Part shown: in pieces, positions 8,989-17,327 of the stretch
Numbering within the stretch: the stretch's first letter is position 1
How the letters are laid out: every line of letters starts with the position of its first letter
Source of the DNA: an uncultured Eubacteriales bacterium
Lineage (GTDB): Bacteria > Bacillota > Clostridia > Oscillospirales > Acutalibacteraceae
Assembly (NCBI GenBank): GCA_964406705.1
Contig: CAYOSS010000001.1
Coordinates: 28,903-92,902, forward strand
Length of the DNA: 64,000 nucleotides
Direction: 5' to 3'
The notes under the pieces: model-generated
The model's input: only the letters and a program-made list of their open reading frames with translations
The model's database searches: none
What the model was told of the DNA's origin: nothing
Translations under genes and position numbers: made by a program

Positions 8989-10395
8989 ATGGCGGAATTC
9001 CCGCCCGTCGCGGTTGTTTACGGCGAGGCGCTGAGTGGTGTGCGGAAAAAGGCGGTCGAGGCGCTGAGCTCCGCGGTTTTAGAGTACACCCGCGCCTACC
9101 CCGTATGTGTTCCTTACGGTAAGGAGCCGCCGGAAGGCGCGCTTTTGATGTACATCGGCACCGGAGAGAACAACCCCGCGCTCTCCGCTCTCCCCGGCGA
9201 GCCCGTCACCGACAGCCAGAGCTACCGCATTTACGTGAAAAACGGCACCGTCTACATCGAGGGCGGGGGAGACGCCGGCGTTCTGTACGGCTGTGTGGAC
9301 TTCTACAATAAGTACCTCACCCCGTTGGAGTTCCCCCACGACGACAACCTCTTTGTGCGCAACCCCTTCAGCCTGCCGTTCCCGGATTTTGACTTGCGCT
9401 CCTCGCCTGCCGTTCAGTACAGGGGTCTTTGGAGCTGGGGCCACGTGATATACGACTACCGCGCGTTTTTCGACAATATGACGCGCCTCAAGCTCAACTG
9501 TGCCGTCATTTGGAACGACGCGCTTCCCCTCAACGCCCGCGAGATCGCGGACTACGCCCACAGCTGCGGCATTCGTCTGCTCTGGGGGACCTCCTGGTGC
9601 TGGGACACCGACTGCGCGCGTTTCTCGCTCGAGAATGTTCTCGATAACGCCGCCCCTTTAGCGGAAAGTTACGAGCGGGATTACGCGGGTTCCGGCGCGG
9701 ACGGGGTCTACTTCCAGTCCTTCACCGAGCTCCCTCAGTCGAGCATCGGAGGATACAGCATTGCGGAATCCGTTACCGCGCTGGTCAACAGGACCGCCGG
9801 GCTGATATTTTCCCGCCACCCCGACGCGCGGCTGCAGTTCGGGCTCCACGCGACCTCCGTAAGGGATCAGCTTGGCGCGATTGCGGGCGTGGATCCGCGC
9901 GTGCGCATTGTCTGGGAGGACTGCGGCTCGTTCCCGTTCTCTTATACCCCGAGCCGCCTTGACGATTTTGACGAGACGATGGCTTTTACCGAGAGGATTT
10001 CCGCCCTTCGCGGACCGGGTGAGAAGTTCGGGGCGGTGACGAAGGGCTTTACCAAGCTCGATTGGAGCGCGTTCACCCATATACCCGGCTCCGTCAATAT
10101 CGGCGGGGCGTCCGCCGCGATGCAGGAGGAGCGGCTGAGGGGGCTGCGACGCGCCTGGAGGTACTTCCAAAGCTATTGGATCACCGGCGCGCCCTACGCC
10201 GCGGAGGCGGTGCGCGTCATGCGCCGGGCGAGCGGCGGCGACCTCTACATTATGGCGCTTGTGGAGGATGGTCTGTTCGAGCGGGAAATCCCGTTCCCCG
10301 TGGCGCTCTACTCCGAGATCCTCTGGGACGCGTCTCGGTCTACAGACAAGACTCTCAACGAGGTCGCCCTTCGCCGGAACGTCACATTCGCGTAA
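8989..10395 (+). CDS. Unassigned 468-aa cytoplasmic protein; N-terminus resembles the GH20b/GH67N-type alpha/beta domain preceding a TIM-barrel glycosidase
   Basis: SD GGAGGAG precedes the ATG. The stretch YRIYVKNGTVYIEGGGDAGVLYGCVDFYNKYL matches the pattern I recall for N-terminal domains of hexosaminidase/alpha-glucuronidase-like enzymes. It is followed by YRGLWSWGH...LNCAVIWND. There is no signal peptide. Confidence 0.4.
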   Translation: MAEFPPVAVVYGEALSGVRKKAVEALSSAVLEYTRAYPVCVPYGKEPPEGALLMYIGTGENNPALSALPGEPVTDSQSYRIYVKNGTVYIEGGGDAGVLYGCVDFYNKYLTPLEFPHDDNLFVRNPFSLPFPDFDLRSSPAVQYRGLWSWGHVIYDYRAFFDNMTRLKLNCAVIWNDALPLNAREIADYAHSCGIRLLWGTSWCWDTDCARFSLENVLDNAAPLAESYERDYAGSGADGVYFQSFTELPQSSIGGYSIAESVTALVNRTAGLIFSRHPDARLQFGLHATSVRDQLGAIAGVDPRVRIVWEDCGSFPFSYTPSRLDDFDETMAFTERISALRGPGEKFGAVTKGFTKLDWSAFTHIPGSVNIGGASAAMQEERLRGLRRAWRYFQSYWITGAPYAAEAVRVMRRASGGDLYIMALVEDGLFEREIPFPVALYSEILWDASRSTDKTLNEVALRRNVTFA

Positions 10396-10439
10396 AAGCG
10401 GCTGCGCGAAACCCTGATTTTACATTAGAGGCGATAGTC

Positions 10440-11159
10440 TTGATAAACGTAACGATCTTCAACGAGTTTCTCCACGAGCGCGAGGATGAGAACGTCCGCG
10501 CCATTTACCCCGACGGCATCCATATGGCGCTGAAAGCGGGCCTGGAGGGCGGCGATATAGCCGTCCGCACCGTGACCCTCGACGACCCTGAGTGCGGGCT
10601 CACCCCGGAGGTGCTGTCGTCCACCGACGTCCTGCTCTGGTGGGGGCATATGGCGCACGGCAAGGTGCCGGACGAGGTCGCGGAGCGGGTCGCCAACGCT
10701 GTTCGCTGCGGAATGGGCGCGGTGTTCCTCCACTCCGGGCACCACTCCAAGCCTTTCCGCCTGCTGATGGGCACGTCCTGCAACCTCACCTGGCGCGAGG
10801 ACGGCGACCGCGAGCTTGTGTGGGTCTGCAATCCCTCTCACCCGATCGTGGCGGGGATCCCGCGGTTTATTCATCTTTCGCATGAGGAGACTTACGGCGA
10901 GCCTTTCGACGTCCCGGAGCCGGAGGAGCTGGTCCTTATCGGCAACTTCGAGGGCGGAGAGGTGTTCCGCGCGGGGTGCTGCTACCGGCGCGGGAACGGG
11001 CGGATCTTCTACTTCCAGCCGGGGCACGAGTCGTTCCCCACGTTTTATAACCCCGATGTAATCCGCCTGCTAAAGAACGCCATTCACTGGGCGGCTCCCG
11101 TTTACCGAGTCCCGGAGCTCGTCTGCCCACAGGTGAAGAAGCCGTTAGAACAGCTTTAG
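10440..11159 (+). CDS. thuA: ThuA-domain protein (trehalose-utilisation ThuA-like, class-I glutamine amidotransferase-like fold)
   Basis: Track ORF 10062..11159 overlaps the previous gene. It was trimmed to the in-frame TTG at 10440, after SD AGAGG (10427-10431). ThuA-like blocks: DVLLWWGHMAH, AVFLHSGHHSKPF, FYFQPGHESFPTFYNP and NAIHWAA. Confidence 0.75.
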   Translation: MINVTIFNEFLHEREDENVRAIYPDGIHMALKAGLEGGDIAVRTVTLDDPECGLTPEVLSSTDVLLWWGHMAHGKVPDEVAERVANAVRCGMGAVFLHSGHHSKPFRLLMGTSCNLTWREDGDRELVWVCNPSHPIVAGIPRFIHLSHEETYGEPFDVPEPEELVLIGNFEGGEVFRAGCCYRRGNGRIFYFQPGHESFPTFYNPDVIRLLKNAIHWAAPVYRVPELVCPQVKKPLEQL

Positions 11160-11174
11160 CGGGGCGAGGTTGGT

Positions 11175-12221
11175 ATGAAGAAGAGATTTGCCGTAATAGG
11201 GTACGGCGGGCAGGGCGCGTGGCACTGCGAGCAAATGGCGAACAGCGATGTGGCGGAGTGCGCCGGGGTGTACGACATTTCCCCCGCGAGGAACGCCGCC
11301 GCCGAGGCCAAGGGACTGCGCGTTTACGGCGGCGCGGAGGAGATTTTCGGGGATTCCACGGTTGACGCGGTGGTGATTGCGACGCCGAACGACAGCCACA
11401 GCGAGCTTACCCGCGCTGCCCTTGCGGCGGGAAAGCACGTCATCTGTGAAAAGCCCGCCGAGATGTCCGCCGCCGGGTTCTCCGCGATGAGCGAGGCCGC
11501 GAAGAAGTCCGGGAAGCTGTTGACCGTCCACCAGAACCGCCGCTGGGACGTGGATTTCTTAGCTGTTAAGAAGGTGTTCGCGAGCGGGGAGTTGGGAGAG
11601 CCCATTCGTCTTGAGTCCCGTATACACGGCTCGCGCGGGATACCCAGCGACTGGCGGCGCGAGAAGGCTCGCGGCGGCGGGATGCTCCTCGATTGGGGAG
11701 TGCACTTGATCGACCAGGTGCTCTGCCTGTTCCCCGAAAAAATTCGCCGTGTGTACTGCGTCTGCTCCCACATCACCTCGAGCGAGGTTGACGACGGATT
11801 TCGGCTTGAGTTGGATTTCGAGAGCGGTAAGAGCGCCCTCGTGGAGGTCGGGACATACAATTTCCTCCCGCTGCCCCGTTTCTATGGCCAGTTCTCCTCC
11901 GGGACGCTGCTGCTTCCCGATTGGCGGGAAAAGGCGCGGCTCGCCCGGATGACCGCCTGGAACGAGAAGGGCGTTCTCCCCGTGCAGACGGCGGCGGGGA
12001 TCACCAAGACTATGGCCCCCCGCGACGAGACCACCCTTCATCTCTACGAGATCGACCGCCCGGAAAGCGACGTTCACGATTTCTACCGCAACTTCTGCGC
12101 CGCGATGGACGGCGGCGAGGCGCCGATTGTTATCCCGGAGCAGGTAAGCAGGGTGCTGTCGGTCATTGACGCGGCGTTTCTCTCCGACGAGCGCGGGCAA
12201 GCTCTGCGTGTAGAGTTATGA
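11175..12221 (+). CDS. Gfo/Idh/MocA oxidoreductase, ThuB/YvaA-like
   Basis: Motifs FAVIGYGGQGAWH, HVICEKPAE and WRREKARGGGMLLDWGVHLIDQ. It lies directly downstream of the ThuA-like gene. Confidence 0.8.
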   Translation: MKKRFAVIGYGGQGAWHCEQMANSDVAECAGVYDISPARNAAAEAKGLRVYGGAEEIFGDSTVDAVVIATPNDSHSELTRAALAAGKHVICEKPAEMSAAGFSAMSEAAKKSGKLLTVHQNRRWDVDFLAVKKVFASGELGEPIRLESRIHGSRGIPSDWRREKARGGGMLLDWGVHLIDQVLCLFPEKIRRVYCVCSHITSSEVDDGFRLELDFESGKSALVEVGTYNFLPLPRFYGQFSSGTLLLPDWREKARLARMTAWNEKGVLPVQTAAGITKTMAPRDETTLHLYEIDRPESDVHDFYRNFCAAMDGGEAPIVIPEQVSRVLSVIDAAFLSDERGQALRVEL

Positions 12222-13189
12222 TCCGCCTCGCGACGGTCGGCTCGAGCGGCATTGTCCGGGACTTCCTAACTGCCGCGAGCTCTACCGGCCGCTACAGCCA
12301 CACCGCCGCTTACTCGAGGAGCCTCGAGCGGGGGTTCTCCCTTTCCGGGATTTGCGGCTCTCCCGCGGTCTTCACGGATTACCGGGAGATGCTTCATTCG
12401 GGCCTCGCGGACGCGGTGTATATAGCGAGCCCCAACTCCTGCCATACCGGGCAGTCCCGTGAGGCACTCCGTGCGGGTCTCCATGTGTTCTGCGAGAAGC
12501 CGATCGCTCTCAGCTATTCCGATTACGCCGGTACCCGCGACCTCGCGGCGAGGAAAGGGCTGACGTTCGCGGAGGCGATTATGTCCCGTTACTCGCCCGG
12601 ACGGGTGCCGCTAAAAGCCGCGCTTAGAGACGCGGGCAAACCCGTCGCCGCGAGACTGAACTTCTGCCAGCGCTCCCACCGGCTGGACGAACTCTTAGCC
12701 GGGGGGTTGCCGAACGTGTTTAACCCCGCTATGGGAGGCGGCGCTCTGAACGACCTCGGTATGTACACCGTTCACGCGGCGGTGGATCTCTTCGGCGAGC
12801 CGGAGGGGATTACGGCTTGCTCCGACCCCCTTTCCACGGGCGCCGACGGCGCGGGAGGTGCGTTGCTCCGTTACCCCGGCTTCACCGTGGCGCTGACCTA
12901 CGCCAAAACGGGGCAGTCCGCCGCGCCGAGCGAGATAGTCTGCGAGCGCGGTGCCGTCACGATTGACAGCATTTCCCAGTTTACGGGGATAAAGTACTAC
13001 ACGGCAAACGACTGCGAGGCGCTCTTCGGCTCGCCCGCAAAGACCGACATTATGGCGGGGGAGGCGGTCGCCTTTGCGGACTACGTGGAAAACCCGGCTT
13101 CTCGTAAGGCGTATGAAGAAGCGGCAGACGCGTCCGGCACAGTCTGCAGAGTGATGGACGAGATCCGCCGCGCCGCGTCGGGCGGATAG
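12218..13189 (+). CDS. Gfo/Idh/MocA family oxidoreductase
   Basis: ATGA overlap with the previous gene. Motifs LATVGSSGIVRDF and HVFCEKPIA. Confidence 0.75.
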   Translation: MIRLATVGSSGIVRDFLTAASSTGRYSHTAAYSRSLERGFSLSGICGSPAVFTDYREMLHSGLADAVYIASPNSCHTGQSREALRAGLHVFCEKPIALSYSDYAGTRDLAARKGLTFAEAIMSRYSPGRVPLKAALRDAGKPVAARLNFCQRSHRLDELLAGGLPNVFNPAMGGGALNDLGMYTVHAAVDLFGEPEGITACSDPLSTGADGAGGALLRYPGFTVALTYAKTGQSAAPSEIVCERGAVTIDSISQFTGIKYYTANDCEALFGSPAKTDIMAGEAVAFADYVENPASRKAYEEAADASGTVCRVMDEIRRAASGG

Positions 13190-13301
13190 ACGCGCGAAGT
13201 CGTCGGGCGGTCACCCGGCGGCGCCGCCCAAACGCAGTTCGTCGTGCGGCGTTTCACAGGTTATATCGGCGGGATATTCCGCCAACGAAAGGGGATAGAG
13301 T

Positions 13302-14216
13302 ATGAAACTTGGCATTGTCACGGCGATTTATGACGGGTTCACCTTGGAGGAGACGCTCGACCACGCGGCGTCGGCGGGGTGCGTCTGCGCGGAGGTAGCC
13401 TGCTGGCCGCGGGGCAAGGCGGAGCGGCGGTACGCGGGGGTCAGCCATATAGATGTCGGCGACACCTCGCCCGAATACCTCTCGCATATCCGCGATTATT
13501 GCGGCAAGACGGGTGTGTCCATTTCCGCCTTAGCGTTTTATCCCAACACGCTGGACCCCGACCCGGAGAAGCGCGCGGCGGTCATCGATCACCTCAAAAA
13601 GGTCATCAGGATGAGCTCGGCTCTGGGCGTCAACTTAGTGACGACCTTCATCGGGCGCGACCAGGGCAAGACCGTGGAGGAAAATCTCGAAATCGTCCGC
13701 GAGGTCTGGCCCCCCATACTCGAGTACGCCGGGAGCCTCGGGGTCAAAATCGCCATTGAGAACTGCCCCATGCTCTTCGGCGCGGATCAGTGGCCCGGCG
13801 GGCAGAACCTCTTCACCTCGCCCTCGCTTTGGCGTGAGATTTTCAGCGCGCTGCCCTATGACAATCTCGGCATCAACTATGACCCCAGCCATTTTGTCTG
13901 GCAGCAGATGGACTACATCCGCCCGATATACGAGTTCCGCGACAGGATATTCCACGTGCATTTTAAGGACATCAAGCTCTACCCCGAGCGCCTCGCGGAT
14001 GTGGGCGTGATGGCGTACCCGCTTCAGTATATGAGCCCCAAGCTTCCGGGACTCGGCGATGTGGACTGGGGCGCGTTCGTCTCCGCGCTGACGGATATAG
14101 GCTACGAGGGTGCGGCCTGCGTCGAAGTGGAGGACAAGGCGTTCGAGGGCAGCCGCGAGAGGATCTTACAGTCCGTGGAGCTCAGCACCCGCTATATGCG
14201 GCAGTTCGTAATTTAG
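13302..14216 (+). CDS. Sugar phosphate isomerase/epimerase (xylose-isomerase-like TIM barrel)
   Basis: Blocks KIAIENCP, INYDPSHF, HVHFKDI and GYEGAACVEVED. Confidence 0.8.
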   Translation: MKLGIVTAIYDGFTLEETLDHAASAGCVCAEVACWPRGKAERRYAGVSHIDVGDTSPEYLSHIRDYCGKTGVSISALAFYPNTLDPDPEKRAAVIDHLKKVIRMSSALGVNLVTTFIGRDQGKTVEENLEIVREVWPPILEYAGSLGVKIAIENCPMLFGADQWPGGQNLFTSPSLWREIFSALPYDNLGINYDPSHFVWQQMDYIRPIYEFRDRIFHVHFKDIKLYPERLADVGVMAYPLQYMSPKLPGLGDVDWGAFVSALTDIGYEGAACVEVEDKAFEGSRERILQSVELSTRYMRQFVI

Positions 14217-14262
14217 GGCGCGGGGTAAATCCGCTCCCGAGATATATTGGAGGTAATGTAAA

Positions 14263-15432
14263 ATGGCGAACATCGATCTCAACGACTTCTCCACCAACGT
14301 TATGGCGGAGGACACGACCGTCTCTGCCGGGCGCAAACTGCGCGTCGGCATTATCGGGACGGGTGGTATCGCCGGCAGTCACATCGAGAGCTACAAGAAG
14401 CAGCCCGATGTGGAAGTCGTGGCGGGCGCCGACTTAGTGCCGGGCAAGGCGGAGGCGTTCTTCCGCAAGAACGGGGTGGAAGCCAAGTCTTTCATCGACT
14501 ACAAGGAGATGATCGACACCGTCCCGATGGACGCGGTGAGCGTCTGCACCTACAACCGCACCCATAAGGAATGCACCGTCTACGCGCTGGAGCATGGGCT
14601 TAACGTCCTTCTTGAAAAGCCGATGACGGTCACCCTCGACGAGGCTATCGAGATCCGCCGGGCCGAGAAGAAGAGCGGGAAGATAGTCTCCGTCGGCTTT
14701 CAGCCGCGCTTCGACGCCAATATGCAGATGATCAAGAAGATAGTGCAGTCCGGGGAGTTGGGCCGCGTCTACTATGTGCAGACGGGCGGCGGCAGACGGC
14801 ACGGGATCCCAGTCGGCTGGTCCGAAACCTTCATCGAGAACGACAAGGCAGGCGTTGGCGCGTTGGGCGACATCGGCTGCTACTCCATCGACCTTGTGAT
14901 GAACGCGCTGGGCAACCCGAAGCCGCTCACCGTGTCCGGCACCGCCACGGATTACTTCGGCACCACGCCCGAGGCCTACTCTCTTGTGGGCAAGCCCGAG
15001 TGCGCCAAGAAGTTCAGCGTTGACGACTTCGCCTCCGCGTATGTGCGTCTCGAGGGAGGGGTTATCCTCGACTTCCGCATCGCCTGGTATATGCACCTTG
15101 ACACTCCCGGAGACACCATCTTTATGGGGACCAAGGGGGGGCTGCGCGTTCCCTCCACCGACTGCTGGAACGGCACTTTCACCTCGCCCATGACCCTGTA
15201 CCACGATGTCGCGGGCAAGCCGGTTCAGACTTCCATTCCGCTGATCCCGACCCCCAAGGACGCGCCCACCCTGTTCGACCAGAAGATCCGCTCCTTCCTC
15301 GACGCTATTCTGACCGGCGGAAAGGCCCCCGTCCCCACCGACGAGATCATTTACAATCAGGCCATTATCGACGGGATTTCCCGCTCCAGCGCCGCCGGCC
15401 ACGAGGTCACGGTCGAGATCCCGGAGATCTGA
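14263..15432 (+). CDS. Gfo/Idh/MocA family oxidoreductase with a ~25 aa N-terminal extension
   Basis: Motifs LRVGIIGTGGIAGSH and NVLLEKPMT. SD GGAGG is upstream. Confidence 0.85.
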   Translation: MANIDLNDFSTNVMAEDTTVSAGRKLRVGIIGTGGIAGSHIESYKKQPDVEVVAGADLVPGKAEAFFRKNGVEAKSFIDYKEMIDTVPMDAVSVCTYNRTHKECTVYALEHGLNVLLEKPMTVTLDEAIEIRRAEKKSGKIVSVGFQPRFDANMQMIKKIVQSGELGRVYYVQTGGGRRHGIPVGWSETFIENDKAGVGALGDIGCYSIDLVMNALGNPKPLTVSGTATDYFGTTPEAYSLVGKPECAKKFSVDDFASAYVRLEGGVILDFRIAWYMHLDTPGDTIFMGTKGGLRVPSTDCWNGTFTSPMTLYHDVAGKPVQTSIPLIPTPKDAPTLFDQKIRSFLDAILTGGKAPVPTDEIIYNQAIIDGISRSSAAGHEVTVEIPEI

Positions 15433-15450
15433 GAAAGTAGGTTTTAGATT

Positions 15451-16263
15451 ATGAAGGATTTTCCCGTAGCGTTACAGCTTTATTCCGTGCGCGATGATTT
15501 GCAGAGCGACTTCGCCGGGACGCTCCACGCCGTCCGCGAGATGGGCTACGACGGCGTTGAGTTCGCGGGGCTGTTCGGTCATACCCCCGCCGAGGTGCGC
15601 GACCTTTGCAAAGCCGAGGGCTTGGTCGCCCTTAGCGCGCATATCGCTTACCCCGAGATGATGTCTAACGAGAACATCTTCCGTGAGTACGCCGAGATAG
15701 GCTGCACCTTCGCCGCCGTGCCGCATATAGGGCTCGAGTACAGAACGGGCGGGGAGAAGCACCGCGAGTTTCTGGACAGCCTCAGCGGTCTGGGCAAGCG
15801 TGCCAAAGAGGCCGGCATTCAGCTTTGCTACCACAACCACGATTTCGAGTTCGTGAAAGAGGACGGCGAGTACGCGCTGGACCGCATGTACGAGTACGTC
15901 CCGGCGGAGTATTTGGAGACCGAGCTTGACACCTGCTGGGTGAATGTCGGCGGAGAGAACCCCGCCGAGTACCTCCGCAAATACGCGGGTCGCGCGAGGA
16001 TAGTGCACCTCAAGGATTTCGCCGGGCAGAAGAGCGAGAATATGTACGCGCTGATAGGCGTTGACGAGAACGAGAAGAAGGACACCGGCGGGAAGTTCGA
16101 GTTCCGCCCCGTGGGGTACGGGCTGCAGAACATCCCCGAGATCCTCGCGGCGGCGAAGGATGCCGGCAGTCAGTGGATGATCGTCGAGCAGGATCAGCCC
16201 TCTCTCGGCAAAACTCCCCTTGAGTGCGCCAAGATGAGCATCGATTATCTGAACAGCCTCTGA
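15451..16263 (+). CDS. Sugar phosphate isomerase/epimerase (xylose-isomerase-like TIM barrel)
   Basis: Blocks GYDGVEFAG, QLCYHNHDFEF, IVHLKDF and WMIVEQD. Confidence 0.8.
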   Translation: MKDFPVALQLYSVRDDLQSDFAGTLHAVREMGYDGVEFAGLFGHTPAEVRDLCKAEGLVALSAHIAYPEMMSNENIFREYAEIGCTFAAVPHIGLEYRTGGEKHREFLDSLSGLGKRAKEAGIQLCYHNHDFEFVKEDGEYALDRMYEYVPAEYLETELDTCWVNVGGENPAEYLRKYAGRARIVHLKDFAGQKSENMYALIGVDENEKKDTGGKFEFRPVGYGLQNIPEILAAAKDAGSQWMIVEQDQPSLGKTPLECAKMSIDYLNSL

Positions 16264-16294
16264 TAAAGCGGATTATTGCCCAGAGCATAGTCGG

Positions 16295-16327
16295 ATACCC
16301 GCCCTGCCACGGGGCGGGTATTTCTTG
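16295..16327 (+). terminator. Rho-independent terminator ending the 10-gene operon
   Basis: ATACCCGCCC-tgccacg-GGGCGGGTAT followed by TTCTT. Confidence 0.75.
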
Positions 16328-16364
16328 AATTACGGTGTGGTTTCCGCCTGAGCGTAAATTTTTC

Positions 16365-16393
16365 TTGCAATTTTCGGCGGTTTGTGGTATAAT
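16365..16393 (+). promoter_or_regulatory. Sigma-A promoter of rpmE
   Basis: TTGCAA, 17 nt, TATAAT, with a TGG extended -10. Confidence 0.65.
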
Positions 16394-16427
16394 AGAAGAG
16401 CAAAAGCAGGATGCGAGGTGAGCAAAA

Positions 16428-16631
16428 GTGAAAGAGGGAATCCACCCCGAGTACGGGCCCGCTACCGTCAAGTGTGCGTGCGGCAACGAGTTCGAGACAC
16501 GCTCCACGAAGAAAACCATACGTTTGGATATCTGTTCCAAGTGCCATCCGTTCTTTACGGGCAAGCAAAAATTGGTTGATACCGGCGGTCGCGTCGACAG
16601 GTTCAAGAAACGGTTCAATCTTGACGCGTAG
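16428..16631 (+). CDS. rpmE: 50S ribosomal protein L31 (Zn-binding type A)
   Basis: MKEGIHPEY...CxC...[13 protein letters not shown]...RFKKRF. GTG start. Confidence 0.95.
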   Translation: MKEGIHPEYGPATVKCACGNEFETRSTKKTIRLDICSKCHPFFTGKQKLVDTGGRVDRFKKRFNLDA

Positions 16632-16642
16632 TAATAGGGTTT

Positions 16643-16675
16643 ACGGCCGCGCTAAATGGGGTGCGGTCGTTTTTG
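16643..16675 (+). terminator. Rho-independent terminator after rpmE
   Basis: ACGGCCGC, a 12-nt loop, GCGGTCGT, then TTTT. It lies inside the long version of the next ORF, which supports the later start. Confidence 0.55.
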
Positions 16676-16706
16676 GCATTTCTGCGCTGTGCCGGGCGGG
16701 CGGATT

Positions 16707-17309
16707 ATGAGGTTCAGGACTGTTGCCGAGGTCTCGCGCGGAGAGTACACGAGCGAGCGATCACGCTTTATCTCCTACCTTTACCCCGTGGTAGACGGGG
16801 GCGAGGCTGAGCGGCTGATAGCGGAGCATTCCCGGCGGTTCCGGGACGCGCGGCACAATGTGTTCGCCTACAGGCTGCCGGGCGGCGCCGAGCGTGCCGG
16901 CGACGCGGGCGAGCCGCGCTCCACGGCGGGCGCTCCCACCCTCGACGTACTGCGCGGGGAGGGGCTCGCGGGGTGTTTAATAGTGACCTCCCGCTATTTC
17001 GGCGGAGTGCTGCTCGGCACCGGCGGCTTGGTGCGCGCGTATTCCGCGGCGGCGAGGGCGGCTGTCGGGAACGCCCGGATTGTCGAAATGGAGTCCCGCC
17101 GGGTGTACGGCGCGGCTTTCAGCTACCCCGCGTACGCGGGTCTCGCCCCTCTGTTGGCGAAATGCGGGGCGCGGGTGCTCGGTGCGGAGTACGGCGCCGA
17201 GGTACGCTGCGAAATCGCCGTGCCGGGGGAAGATTTCCCCGCCGCGCTTAACGAGATTTGCCTGTCGCCGCCCGAGTACCGCGGGACAAGATTTATGCCG
17301 CTTGAGTGA
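16707..17309 (+). CDS. YigZ/IMPACT family protein (UPF0029)
   Basis: Blocks SRFISYLYPV, HNVFAYRL and VTSRYFGGVLLGTGGLVRAY. Trimmed to the ATG at 16707, downstream of the rpmE terminator. Confidence 0.75.
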   Translation: MRFRTVAEVSRGEYTSERSRFISYLYPVVDGGEAERLIAEHSRRFRDARHNVFAYRLPGGAERAGDAGEPRSTAGAPTLDVLRGEGLAGCLIVTSRYFGGVLLGTGGLVRAYSAAARAAVGNARIVEMESRRVYGAAFSYPAYAGLAPLLAKCGARVLGAEYGAEVRCEIAVPGEDFPAALNEICLSPPEYRGTRFMPLE

Positions 17310-17327
17310 AAGGGGGTTAGGGCAAAC

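Noticed and set aside
6187-16263. Annotation of the cluster as a myo-inositol (iol) catabolic operon
   Set aside because: Only IolG-like and IolE/I/H-like folds are present. There are no iolB, iolC (kinase), iolD (ThDP enzyme), iolJ (aldolase), iolA or transporter equivalents. The presence of a ThuA/ThuB pair and a glycosidase-like gene points elsewhere. The iol reading is kept as the main alternative in finding 1.
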